From Blastocladiella emersonii ATCC 22665 (lineage: Eukaryota > Fungi > Blastocladiomycota), in contig JANHCV010000002.1 of the NCBI GenBank assembly GCA_025594325.1, positions 2,294,001-2,358,000 on the forward strand: DNA of 64,000 bases. The letters are read 5' to 3'. The notes below the pieces were generated by a model, which saw only the letters and a list, made by a program, of their open reading frames with translations, was not told where the DNA came from and made no database searches. Of the stretch, positions 45,517-57,879 are shown in pieces. How positions within the stretch are numbered: the stretch's first letter is position 1; each line of letters begins with the position of its first letter. The position numbers and the translations under genes are program-made.

Positions 45517-48500
45517 TCATGTATGATTATCGCCACGGGTCGCCTGCTCGCGGTCGCTCCTGAGCATGAAGTATCGGCGGTGCGCCGACTCGAAGAACAG
45601 GTTGAGAACGGCTGACACGAGCGCCAGCATGAACAGCACGTTGATGGTGATGAAGATGCTCGCGTGCGCATGGTCCCAGTACAGGATCACGCGTTCGAGC
45701 AGGGCGCCCGCCAGAAACGCCGCAAGGATCGGGACGTGCACGCGCGGGTGCAGCCGCAGCGTGGTCATGGCAAGCAGCGTGGCGATGGCCTGGTGCGAGC
45801 TCGACTGGCGCAGCTCGTAGCTCGACGACACGAGGTAGATGAGCGTGTCCTGGACCAGCACCACGGCCAGCGCGATCAGAACATGGATCATGGCGTACCG
45901 GCCGAGTCGCTCGCCGTGAATCGAGGAAAACCGGAGCACGAGCAACACGGAGGAGTTGACGAGCATTTGCTGCAGCATCGGGTACCACCACTGCGTCACG
46001 ATCGGGAACGCGCCGAGGAGCCACGACCACCGTACGTGGCGGACATGGCCATGGTCGCCGCTCGTGGTCGCGGGCATCGACGTCGCGTCGCTGTTCGTCG
46101 CGGTATCCCTGGTAGCGGCGCCCTGCGTAATCCCGGCAATGATGAGCATCAGCGTGAGCGTGACAAGGTTCGACGCGGCCGTCAGCTGCATGCGCGTCCG
46201 CAGCTTGCGCAGCGAGTACGCGCGGTACTCGCTCTCGAGGGCCGGCGACGGGAACCGGTAGAAGAGCTCGCGGCGGACGTGGCGGAGCACTCGCAGGAAC
46301 TGAGCCAACACCGTTTTGCGGTGCGCGCCGTTCTGCTGGCCGCAGCGAGCACTCGACCTCGTACTGTTGGTCGCGGTTGACGTGGAGGACGACGCGACCT
46401 GCTGCTGCTGCTGCTGCCACTCGAGCGTTGCCGTCGGCGATCTCCTGTTGAGGAGCGAGACTGGTGTCGAGGTACCCGAAAACGAGCCGGGCTGCGTCGA
46501 GGCCATGGACAGGTACGTTGACGGGGCGGGCGAGATGGCCATAGTCTCGGTAGCGGTAATGATGGGCGAGCGCCAGTTGGACGTGGACCGGAGCAGGCTG
46601 CGGTTGATGCGGGGCGTGCCGACCTGCGAGCTGGTAGCGCTCGGGAACGGGGCGCTTGGGAGCGTGCCGTTGTCGGCGTTGCTGCGCGTCCCCGTTCCCG
46701 CGCGGAGCAAGGAGGGCGACGGCGGCGGCGGCGGAAGCTCGGCCTCGCTTGACGCCATGGCCACGGACGCGCCCGCCACGGACGAAACGGCATCGAGCTC
46801 GGTGCGCGAGACCGATTCGGCCGGCGTCGCCCAGATGTCGCATCCGGGCTCGCCGTTGTACACGCTTGGACACGAAGTCGCGGCGGACGAGGCCAGCGAC
46901 GACGCGGGCGCCGGCTGCATGAGCGCGCAGCGCATGTCGTCCGTCCACATGGCAAGAAACGCGCGGCCGTCGGCGTCCTGCGTCAGCGCGACGCTAGTCC
47001 ATGCTTCCGCGCTGGAGCTCCGCGGAACCGTTGGTGGCTGCATCTGCTCCTCGTCCAGCACGAGCGGCACGAGCTGCCACATGGATGCGGATGTGGGCGG
47101 ATCCGCGCGATCTGCCGCACCGTTGGTCGGCGAGCCCGAATCGGCGGTGCCGCTCGGCGGGGCAATGTACAGCAAGGCGGGCTGGAGGAGGACATGCTCG
47201 GGTAGCACCGCGCGCGCCCGATCCGACGACATGGTACCCGTGAGCCGGGCGACGACCCATGACGCATTGAGGTTGTTGAGCGGCGGATCCGAGGAGCTCA
47301 GCGGGCACGGGAACTCGGCGCTCGACTGCGAGAAGCGCGGCAGCGTCGCCAGCCGGCGAAGGCTGACAGCCGCAATGTCAAGCGTGGGACTTGGGACGAG
47401 GCCGCGGTGCGTCGCCGGCTCCTGCGTCAGGATCTCGTGGTGGTAGCGGTCGAGGATCGACAGCGGCGAGACCAGTGGGCCCAGAGACTCTTCGGATGAA
47501 AAGGCGGGGGTCTGCTGGGAACTCGGGGCCGTGGGCGAAGCAGCACCGCTGCCAGGCTCGCCCGTTGCGCTGCCGAACGCGCTGCTGATGCTGAGCGGCC
47601 GGCTCTGGATCTGCTTGAGCACGCCACCGTCATCGCCGAAGACCTACAAGCATGCCGCTATCGTCAGAAGTCGGCGAGTGATCTTGAGCGTCACCTAGTC
47701 GCGTACCTGCGCGTACACTCTGGGCGGGTCAACGCGAACGTTGGTCGTAGCGGCTCCCGCGGCGGCCGCTGGAGCATCGGGACGGCGCCGCGTGAAGTCC
47801 GCGAGCGACGAGGACTGGATGGTGATCGGCGGGACCGCGCGCGGCGGTGGGGCGGCGGCGGCAGGGACACGGCGCTGCTTCTCGGACGTCTGGCGCACGT
47901 TGAGGTAGAAGGACGCGCGGTGCAGCAGCTCGCGCTGGTACAGGGCGAAAGTCGACTTGACAAAGTCGTCGCTGAGGTTGAACGCGAACAGCCACACCCA
48001 CGCGAGCGGGTTCGACGAGAGCGAGTAGCCGAGGCTGACCGTGAACCCGACGAGGAACAGCGCGAGCGGCACCGACAGGCGGAACGGTAGGATCGACGCG
48101 GAAACAAGTAGGTACAGCGTGACGCTCGCGCTGCCCATCCAGTAGTTGCGGCCCGTGTCGATCCATTTGAGCGCGTGCTTGGCCACGGCGGCCAAGTCCG
48201 TATCGATGGCTCCGTCGCACAGGTCGTGGTTGGTGATCGGAGCGAAGAGGAGCGATTGGCCGGTCGTCGTGACCGTGCACATGATCGGACACAGCGCGCC
48301 GACAATATTGGTGATGGCGAGGCAGAAGAAGGACACGGTGACGATGATCCAGCGGCGCTGGTTCGTCCATTTGGTGAGCCTCGGAGCCAGCAGGGCAAGG
48401 ACGAGGAGGGCCGCGGGTGCCGCAAACATGGCCGTGACGATCCGCTGGCACTGGTCGCACTGGCCAACGATGGACGGACAAAGGTCGAGGACGTCGCGGA

Positions 48501-49616
48501 ACGCGCACGTCGAAAGCCACGAGATGAGCGCGGACAGGACCACGAAAAGAAGTGCACCACACTTCAAACGGTTCAGCGGTGAGTGAGTGACCTTGAGCGC
48601 GAAAAGAGACCGCGATAACGTACCGAGAGGATCGCCATCGGCAGCTTGAGGATTCGACTCGAGTACTCGGTGAACTTGGACTCAAGCACGGAGTTTTGGA
48701 ACCGTAGCGTCCTCATCGACAGAACGCGAGTCGCACCCGATGTAAGCACGGCCCATGCAGAGCCGAATAAACGCGAGCGGAGACCAGACATGAGCGCGGC
48801 CGTGGAAGCAAACGACGAGCGTCGCGAGGGCGACTCAATGCTGGACCGGCGCGGCCACCATGAAGAGGCGTCCAAGTCCTTGCGCGGGTGCTGCCGACTT
48901 GCGCGCCGTGAGGGCGGTGCCTCCGAGTGATCACGGCTCTGGGCGCTCGCAGCGGCGAGCTGGAGTTGGTTTGATTGGTCCGAGGTGCCGGGTATGTGAT
49001 TGGGCGCGGATGTCGCAGCGTCGAGACCAAGCACGGCGGGATCAAATACCTCGAGGTCGCTCAGCGCGAGGCCGGAGGTTGACAGGATGCCGGACAGCGA
49101 GCCAACAGCCAGTGGACGGCGAGCCGCCTGTCGCGCTGCAAACGACCCCGCGGATGATCGGCACGACCGAGAATGGTCAGGTGAATCGGGTGCCGTATCC
49201 CACGACGGCGTCTCGGCAAGCACGCTTTCTGACGTGGACGGCGAGGTGACGAGAGCCGCAAGCTTTTCGGCGAGCTCGTGCGGGGAGGCGGTGACAGAGA
49301 AGGAGCGAGCATAGTCGAGCTGTTCGCCGCGGCGGGCCGTGTCGAAGATGCGCGTGACGTGGAAGACGTTGTGGCCATGGTCGTCGGACGCGTTGGTCGC
49401 AATTGATCGCGTCGAAAAGTGCAAGATTGTGACCGCGTTTGGCTCATCGCGAACGGCAGCAACCGCTGCCGGTGTCCCGTCGAGCGTGCCTGGATCCGGA
49501 AGCGCACGAGTAGTGGGCGCCGTAACTCCAGCCGTGGTCAAATGTTCAAGTGGTTGTGCTGCCGCCAAATCTGGAGTAGGTTGATCCATGGCCGGGGTTA
49601 CATATGTAGTTGCCAT
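45517..49616 (-). CDS. 1324-aa membrane protein with two ~6-TM clusters resembling adenylyl-cyclase membrane anchors but no recognisable cyclase domain (paralogue A)
   Basis: Exons 49616-48624, 48561-47707, 47643-45517; phase-0 introns 48562-48623 and 47644-47706. Pre-TM motifs LRFQNSVLESKFTEY and YRFPSPALESEYRAY. Post-TM motifs RELLHRASFY and FESAHRRYFML. Confidence 0.8.
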
Positions 49617-50171
49617 GTGATGTGGCGTCTTTCCACAGAGCGTGAGAGAGCAAATCGCGACAGAGCGCACCAGGGACCCTCTCTTGATTTGAGTGCGGGT
49701 CTCCTTTCATGCGCTTGATCGGCGATAAAACGGACAAAACGCGAAGCCGCCTCGCACCCCTGCGCCCAGAGCGTCATGTCCACCCCCGTTTTGTCACGTC
49801 GGTTTTCGATGGTGAGCGCGCGTGTGTCTGTTGAACACGGGAGAGCCCCGTCTGTGCGGGTCGGCCCGGAACGCGTCTCCCAACAAACTCGCACGGCACA
49901 CGTGCTGGTTCGGAACTGCGGAACGTCGCGGAGCCGAGCGGGACCGCGCGCGTGAAAAACGGACGATCACTCGCGTTTAATCTGGGGACGCGAAGAAATG
50001 CCCTTGATACTGACGCGTTTCCGTCGGCGAGCACGAAGTGCGGCGAGGACGCGTTTCTGGTCACGTGAGTGGCGCAGCGCGTCGAAGTCGCAGCCCCGCG
50101 GACCACCGTTTCGTTGTCGACTGACGAATGGCTCGAGCGGTGCAAAATGATGTGTCATGTATGTAAAGGTG

Positions 50172-53100
50172 CTATGGTTGGACCGGGTCCCCAGCCCGGG
50201 TCCGCTGCCTGGCCACTGGCTCGCGGTCGCTCCTGAGCATAAAATACCGCCGGTGCGCCGACTCGAAGAACAGGTTGAGCACCGCCGAAACGAGCGCGAG
50301 CATGAACAGCACGTTGATGGTGATGAAGATGCTCGCGTGCGTGTGATCCCAGTACAGGATGGTCCGCTCAACCAGCGCGCCAGCGAGAAATGCCGCGAGA
50401 ATCGGGACGTGAACGCGCGGATGCAGCCGCAGCGTGGTCATGGCAAGCAGCGTCGCGATCACCTGGTGCGAGCTCGACTGGCGCAACTCGTAGCTCGACG
50501 ACACGAGGTGGATCAGCGTATCCTGGATGAGCACCATGGCGAGCGCGAACAGGACGTGGCCCATGGCGTACCGTCCGAGCCGCTCGCCGTGCATCGACGG
50601 AACGCGCAGAACCACGAGCACCGACATGTTGAGGACGAGGTGCTGCAGCATCGGATACCACCACTGCGTGATGACAGGGAACACGCCGACGAGCCACGAC
50701 CACCGCACGCGGCGCGCTTGGCTCTGACTGTCGCTCGGCAAAAGGTCGCCGTCCACGGTCCCAGCCGCGGCAGCGCCTCGCGTGCTGCCCGCGATGATGA
50801 GCATCAGCGACAGGGTAAGGAGGTTTGAAGCGGCCGTCAGCTGCATCCTCGACCGCAGCTTGCGCAGCGAGTACTCGCGGTACTCGTTCTCGAGCGCGTG
50901 CGACGGGAACGTGTAGAAGATCTCGCGCCGGATCTGGCGGAGCACCCGGAAGACCTGCACGACCGGCTTGCGCACCACGAGCAGCGCGCGATGCCGCCAT
51001 GCGTGGCGACGGCGGCGACGGGTTGACCCGGCCGCATCGGTACTGGTCGGTGGCGCGACCGATGCAACCTGAGGCTGGTGCTGTTGCCGCTCGAAAGTAG
51101 CCGTCGCCGAGACGGCACCGAGGAGCGGGGTCGGGGTGGACGCACCCGACGACGAGTCGGGCTGCGTCGACGACATGGACAGGTGCGGCGAAAGCGTAGG
51201 TGAGGTGGTCGTGGTGGTGGCCTGGATCGCGTCAACGGGCGAGCGCCAGTTGGGCGCCGACCGCAGCAGGCCCGTGTCGCTGCGCGGCGTGCCGACCTGC
51301 GAGCTGTTGCCGCTGGGCAGCGTATCAGTGCCGGGGTTACTGCGGCTTCCCGTTCCCGCGCTATACGAGAAGGGAGACAGCGGCGAGGACGCCGGCCTCG
51401 CTTCGGTCGGGGCCGCAGACGCAGCGTCCATCTCGGTGCGCGAGAGCGACTCGACCGGCGTCGCCCACATGTCGAACGCCTGGTCGCCGTCGGCCGCGCT
51501 CGATGACGTGGACGTTGACGAGGCGAGCGACGAGCCGAGCGCCGGGCAGAGCGAGGACTGCAGCAGCGCGCGGTTCACGTCGGCCGTCCACAGCGCGACG
51601 AGCGCCTGGCTGTCGTCCTGCGTCAGCGTCGCGCTGGTTCGCGCGCCGACACTCGCGTTCCGCGGCACCGTGATGGTCGTCTTGGACTTGCGGTCCACCT
51701 CCTCGCTGCCGTCCTCGTCCTCCGTGTCCTCTTCGTCGATCTCGAGCGGCACCATCTGCCACATGGACGCGGTCATGGGTTCACCAATGCGCTCCGCCGT
51801 CGCACCCGCTGCGGCCGACCCGCTCGCCGCCATGCCCAGGGTCCCGCCCTGGCTGCTCGCGGCGCGCACGCTCGACTCGTCGACGTGGCTCGCGGACGCA
51901 ATGTACAGCGTGGCGGCCTGGAGCTGCTCGACGAGGCGGCGGTCGAGCATCGTCGCCTGCGCGGGGTTCGACGCACGCGTGAAGCCCGTGTTGGGGTTCC
52001 CGTGCAGCGTCGTGAGGCCCGAGGTCAGCGTGCCAGCGAGCCCGGCGACGATCCATGACGAGTTGCTGAAGTTGTCGACCGACGGGTGCGGCGAGCTGGG
52101 CATGCGCGGGAACTCGGTGCTCGACTGCGAGAAGCGTGGCAGCGTCGCGAGCCGGCGCAGGCTGATGGCTGTGATGTCGAGCGTCGCGCTCGGGACGAGG
52201 CCGGTGAACGGGCGGAGCATGGTCGGGCCCTGCATCATCATGCTGAGCTCGTGGTGGTTGAGGTCGAGGATTGACAGCGGCGCGACGAGCGGGCCGGGAG
52301 GGCGGTCGCCGTCGGGCTCGTCCAGCGTGAACTTGAGGTGCGGGAACATGTGCTGGTGTGGGTGCGGGGCCGCCGTCCCGCTCGAGCTGCTGCCGGATTC
52401 GATGGTCAGTCCGTCGAGAAGACCGCTTCGAATCGGTTCGAGCGCAGCACCTTCGTGGCCAGGCGACTACAACGGAGAGATCCAGGTTAGGACGCAGGGA
52501 CGGAGAGGCACAGCCACCGTCGAGCGCACCGGCTTGCCCAGGAATCCTGGCTTGAACTGCAGCGCGCCGACGCGCACGTTGGTCGAGGTGACGCTGACCA
52601 CGGTAGTCGGGACGTCGAACAGGTTGCGCGCGGCGATATCAGCCGTGGACGAGGACTGAATCGTGATTGGCGGGACCGCGCGCGGCGGTGGGGCGGCGGC
52701 AGTAGAGACACGGCGCTGCTTCTCGGACGTCTGGCGCACGTTGAGGTAGAAGGACGCGCGGTGCAACAGCTCGCGCTGGTACAGCGCAAACGTCGACTTG
52801 ACAAAGTCGTCGCTGAGGTTGAACGCGAACAGCCACACCCACGCGAGCGGGTTGGACGACAGCGCGTACCCAAGGCTGACGGTGAACCCGACGAGGAACA
52901 GCGCGAGCGGGACCGACAGGCGGAAGGGCAGGATCGACGCCGAGACGAGGAGGTACAGCGTGACGCTCGCGCTGCCCATCCAGTAGTTGCGGCCCGTGTC
53001 GATCCACTCGAGCGCGTTCTCGGCCACGGCCGCCATGCTTGAGGCCTTGTCGCCGGGACACAGCTCGCCCATCGAGATGGGCGCGAGCAGCAGCACCTGG

Positions 53101-54814
53101 CCCGTAGTCGCGACCGTGCACAGGATCGGGCACAGCGCGCCGACGATGTTGGTGACGGCGAGCACGACGAAGGCCATCGTGACGAGCACCCACCGGCGCA
53201 TGTTGGTCCATTTGGTGAACTTGGGTGCGAGAAGTGCGAGCACGATGAGGGCCGCGGGCGCGATGAGCATGGCCGTGACGAGGCGCTGGCATTGGTCGCA
53301 CCGGCCCATGACCTTCGGGCAGAGCTCGAGCGCCTCACGGAACGCGACCGACGACAGCGAGGAGATGAGCATGGACAGGAGCACGTAGGTGAGTGCACCC
53401 CACTACACGTCGCGCAACCGGGTCAGAGCTGTGCGGAAGCTGACGACCATGCATCGCGTACCGCGAGAATCTCCATGGGCAGCTTGAGAATCCGGCTCGA
53501 GTACTCGGTGAACTTGGACTCGAGGATGGGCCGCAGGAACCGCAGCGTCGACATGGACAGGATCCGCGTGTTGCCCGCCGCGAGCACGGTCCACGCCGAC
53601 CCGAGAAACCGCGACGGCAGCGCCGACACGAGGGCGGCCGTCGACGCAAACGACGAGCGCCGAGACGGTGACGTGGCGCTGGACCGGCGCCGTCTCGAGG
53701 TCGCGTCCGAGTCCCTGCGCGACGACGGCGGATGCGGGTGACTGGTGCGCCGCGACGGCGGCGCTTCCGGGTGCTCGCGGCGCGTAGCAGCGTGGTGAGG
53801 CGGGCTCGCTGGCGCGGCCGCCTCGATGAGCTCCGGCTCCACGGCCCCGAGCCCGAGCACGGCCGGGTCGAGCACTTCGGGATCGCTCAGCGCGAGGTCC
53901 GGCGTTGAGAAAATGTCGGACAGCGAGCTCGCCGCCGAGGTTGCGCGGGTGTTGGGCTCGGAGAGCTGGGCGGCGAACGAGCCCGCGGACGACCGCCGCG
54001 ACCGAGCGGGCGGCGAGGCGCGAGCAATGTCGGGCGAGTCGGGCGCCGTCTTCCACGTCGGCGACTCGGGGAGACCGCTACCGGCTTCGGACGACGGACA
54101 CGTCGAGAGCGAGGTGGGCGTCACCGGCAGCATGCCCGAGAGCTCGAGCGGCGACGCGGTCCCAGACAGCGAGCGCGAGTAGCCACCGCCCAGCTGCAGC
54201 TCGGCGCCGCGGCGGTCGACGTCGGCGACGCGCGACACCTGGACCGTTTCATGGCCGTGGCCGCTGGACGCGTTGGTCATGATCGACCGGGTCGAGAAGT
54301 GCAGCACCGTGGCCGTGTTGGTTTCGTCGCGGACAGCAAAGACTGGGCCAGTCAAGGCTTCGGGGGAGTGCGATGCCGCCGTGGCCGTGGACCGCGTCGA
54401 TGGCCGCCGCGGCGGGACGAGCGATGGCGTGGTCCCGCTGCGCGGCGGGCCCAGGTTCGGGACACTCGATGTTGTCGTCGGGACGTTAACCGAGCCCACC
54501 AGCTCCTTTGCCGATGCGCGATGGGCGGGAACGGCCAGAGAGCGGACGTGGCCAGCGGAGTTGTTGAGCGACGCTCCGCCGCTGCCGCCGCCGCCATACG
54601 ATCCAGCGCTCACGCCGAGGCGAACGGCCGCCGTGGCCGAGACCGCGTCCGTCGCGACAGCCGTGCCAATCACGCCGTCGGAGCGGATCGCGCTGGCACG
54701 GCGCAAGAAGACATGCCGGATCCGCGCAGCCGCGCGCGTCGCCCGTGGCGGCAGCGCCGGTTCCGCTGGCTGCATCTGGTGCGCTGACGCCGGGGCCGGG
54801 TCAGGTCGATCCAT
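50172..54814 (-). CDS. 1506-aa tandem paralogue B of the 2x6-TM cyclase-anchor-like protein
   Basis: Exons 54814-53462, 53402-52530, 52466-50172; introns 53403-53461 and 52467-52529. Same intron placement and near-identical TM segments as paralogue A. Confidence 0.8.
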
Positions 54815-55269
54815 GGGCGCAAGTACATGCTATTTTTGCTTGGGAGATGTGCAGTGTCATCAGACGGAGGGCGGACGGACGGGCGGGCGGGGGCGGCGGC
54901 GGCCAGGTCGCGACGAAGCGGGCCAGGCAGAACTCGCTTTCGGGTTGACACCTGCGTGTGTGATCCTGTCGCGTTAGCACATCCAAAGACAAGATCGGCG
55001 ATTTTTTCACGGCATTGTCTCACACCAGGTGCGCGTCCTTCTCCTGTTGAGCTGCGCGGTGTCCGATGGCGAGCTCGGGCAAGCGGTCGACAGTTGGCGG
55101 GGGTCCGATTCCGCGCGCGCATGCGCCGCGGACGCGTCTCCCACGCTTCCGCGCGCCGCTCAATTCACGTGGCAAGCTGGGACAGGTGAGTCCAGGAGAG
55201 CAGAGTGTGGGGGAGCCGAAAACTGTGTGTATACGTGTGGCCCAGACTGGCCATCTCTCGGCCCCCGAA

Positions 55270-56499
55270 TCACGCGGGAAGCATTCGCCCGCGCACGACC
55301 TGGGCAATATCCTCGGCGCTCTCAACGAGGCACACGCGGTCGGCCGGGTAGTCCTTTTTCAGGAGGCTGGAGAGGGCGCGATTTGGGCCGAAGACGAGAA
55401 AGTCGTGGACGCCGCGGTTGCGGCAGAAGGCGATTGAGTCGTGCCACTGGACGGTGCCCGTGATCTGCTTGACAAGGAGGTCCGGGATTGCGGCGGCCGA
55501 CGCGAACGGCTGCACCGTGACGTTGGACACGACGGGCACCTTGGGCTCGGACCATGAGGTGGCGTGCAGGGAGGGCAACATGGTGTCGGCGGCGGACTGC
55601 ATCAGCTTGCAGTGGAAGGGCGCCGAAACGGGCAGCTCGACGGCGCGCGCGGCGATGCGCGCGGCCTGTAGCGACTTGCACGTGCGCTCGACCGCGTCAA
55701 ACGAGCCGCTGAGCACGGCCTGTGTTGCCGAGTTGACGTTGGACAGGTCCACCACCTCGCCTGGCTGCAGCGTCGACTGCACGGCCTCGACGTGCGCGGC
55801 GAGCTCGCCGAGCTTGTTGGGCCGCATGATGAGCGCGACCATGCTCGTCTTGAGGTTGGACTGGAGCGACTCTTCCATGGCTTTGCCTCGCTTGTGCTAC
55901 GCGCGGTTCGGATGGTGGGTGAGCAGGGCAGCTCGCAGCGGGAGCGTTTGGCGCGCAGATAACGTACCACCAGCCGCACCGCGTCGGCAAACGACAGCGC
56001 ACCGGCCGCGTACAGCGCCGTGTACTCGCCGAGCGAGTGGCCGAGAATGAAGCTCGTCTGCTTGGTGATGTCGAAGCCGGCCTCCTCCTTGAGCACGGCA
56101 AGAATCGCGGCCGACGTGACGAGGATCGCGGGTTGTGCGTACGACGTCTGCTTGAGTGTTTCCTACACGTTCGGGCTGTGCGTCAGCGAACTCTCGCGGT
56201 CCACAGACGTAGCAGGAACCAGCGTACTGCGGGACCGTTGAAGGCGACGTCGGTGAGCGACAGGCCGAGCGCGTCGTTGGCCTCGTCAAAGGTGCGGCGC
56301 GCGGCCGGATACCGGTCGACGAGGTCCTTGCCCATGCCGACGTACTGCGACGCCTGACCGGGGAACAGGGCGGCGACGGGGCGCTTCAGCGGACACGTCT
56401 GAAGACCAGAGGAGGTGTTAGGCTCATGCCACGCGGATCAGTGGCAGTCGAGCGGGGAACACATGCCCCGAGAAAGCGCTTGAACACGAGTTGCTTCAT
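55270..56499 (-). CDS. MCAT: Mitochondrial malonyl-CoA:ACP transacylase (FabD/MCT1)
   Basis: LFPGQASQYVGMGKDL, AQPAILVTS, catalytic GHSLG, LPVSAPFH, QITGTVQW. Multi-exon. Basic N-terminus MKQLVFKRFLG. Confidence 0.9.
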
Positions 56500-57126
56500 G
56501 GTAGTGCGTGGGGTGGTTGCGAGGCGGAATCAGAGCGAGATGGGAGGGAGCAGTTGCGTGGAGGAGAGGGAGGGCGGGGAGAAGGCCGCGGGCGAGAAGG
56601 GGAGGGTGCGGCGAGGCCCGGGTCAGCTGGCCGCGCGGACACCGCCACCGCCGGGCCGCGACACGCGGTCATGCGGCGCGCGGAACGCGTCGCGCTTCCA
56701 ACTTTCACCTCGCACCTTTCGTCCACGCCAAGCCGCACACCACTCGGACGGCGAGCAAGTCGCGGTTCGTGCTGGAGTGTTCCTGCACGGCCCCAGCGCC
56801 GACGTAAGCAACAATCCTGCACCCTGCTGCAGGACAGGATGCCGTGGCGGCGGTCCCTTGCATCAGAGAGCAGCGAGTGCCGGTCCCTGGTGATCCCCGA
56901 CGACCGCGATCATCGGCCTGCTGACCCCGGCTCACTCGGCTGCACCAGCAGCAGCAGCTGCGCCACCAGCGTGAAAGTGTGATGGAACGGGTTTCGTATT
57001 TTTGAACAGGATTCGCTTGTATATTTCACAACGGCGCTCGCCAGGACGGGCGCGACGGTCGGAGCAGGACGAGATCACAGACAAAAAGCTTTCTTTTACT
57101 AGTTGGTGGGGCAAGAAAAAAAGCTT

Positions 57127-57879
57127 TTAGTTGGCCTTGGGGCGGAACGACGAGCCCTCGGTGAGGCGGGCCTTACCACCGGTGGGGGTGGCGAGGACCG
57201 TCTGGCACGACGAGCACAGGACAACGGTCTGGGCGTGCGAGAACACGGTGTTGATGGCCGAGCAGCCCGAGGCTAGTTGTGCGGAAAATTCGGGGTCAGA
57301 TCAGAGGTTCGCTGGGAGGCTGCAAAACAGAGGAAAACGTACCACCGCAGCGGACGTCCATGAAGTAGGAGTTGGGGGCCTGCACAAGGCGCTTGAGCTT
57401 GTGCTTGCGGAGCTCAGCCTCGCGGGAGGGGTTCAGGAGATCGACGGCAAGCTAGCGTTCGCGGAACGACGGTTTGATCGTTCGGACGAGCGTTTCGGCG
57501 AGGCAGCGCAGAAATCCGTCGAGCAGAGGTCCGTGGGGATTTTCGGGTAGCGCATAGACGAGGCGAGTGCAGGGACGAGCGGGGCGTCACACGGTGAGTC
57601 GGCCGTCCGTTCGCGTGGATGGTTCAGCGTGACCACGGCCGTGCAGCGCTCGCCCACGCAGTATTTCCACGCCGCACGCGCGCAGAGGGACGGCATACGG
57701 CCGTCAAGGCGTCAAAGGTTCATGGTGTTGATGCATAGCTTCGCCGTGACGGCGGTACAGGCGCTCTGTGCGCGGCGTGCGGGCGTGCGGGTGGTCGATG
57801 CATGGGGCGCGCGGGGCGAGTTTCGTCTGCATGGCCGTGGTCGCAGCGGGCGTGCGTGCGGGCGTGTACTTACGACCAT
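57127..57879 (-). CDS. RPS27: 40S ribosomal protein S27 (eS27)
   Basis: MV|LAVDLLNP...[20 protein letters not shown]|...[41 protein letters not shown]. Introns 57452-57873 (GTAAGT donor) and 57273-57342. Confidence 0.95.

Noticed and set aside
57600-57740. Box C/D snoRNA inside the RPS27 intron
   Set aside because: A CTGA (box D-like) is present, but I found no convincing RTGATGA box C or terminal stem. Not called as a feature; left as a test under the intron finding.
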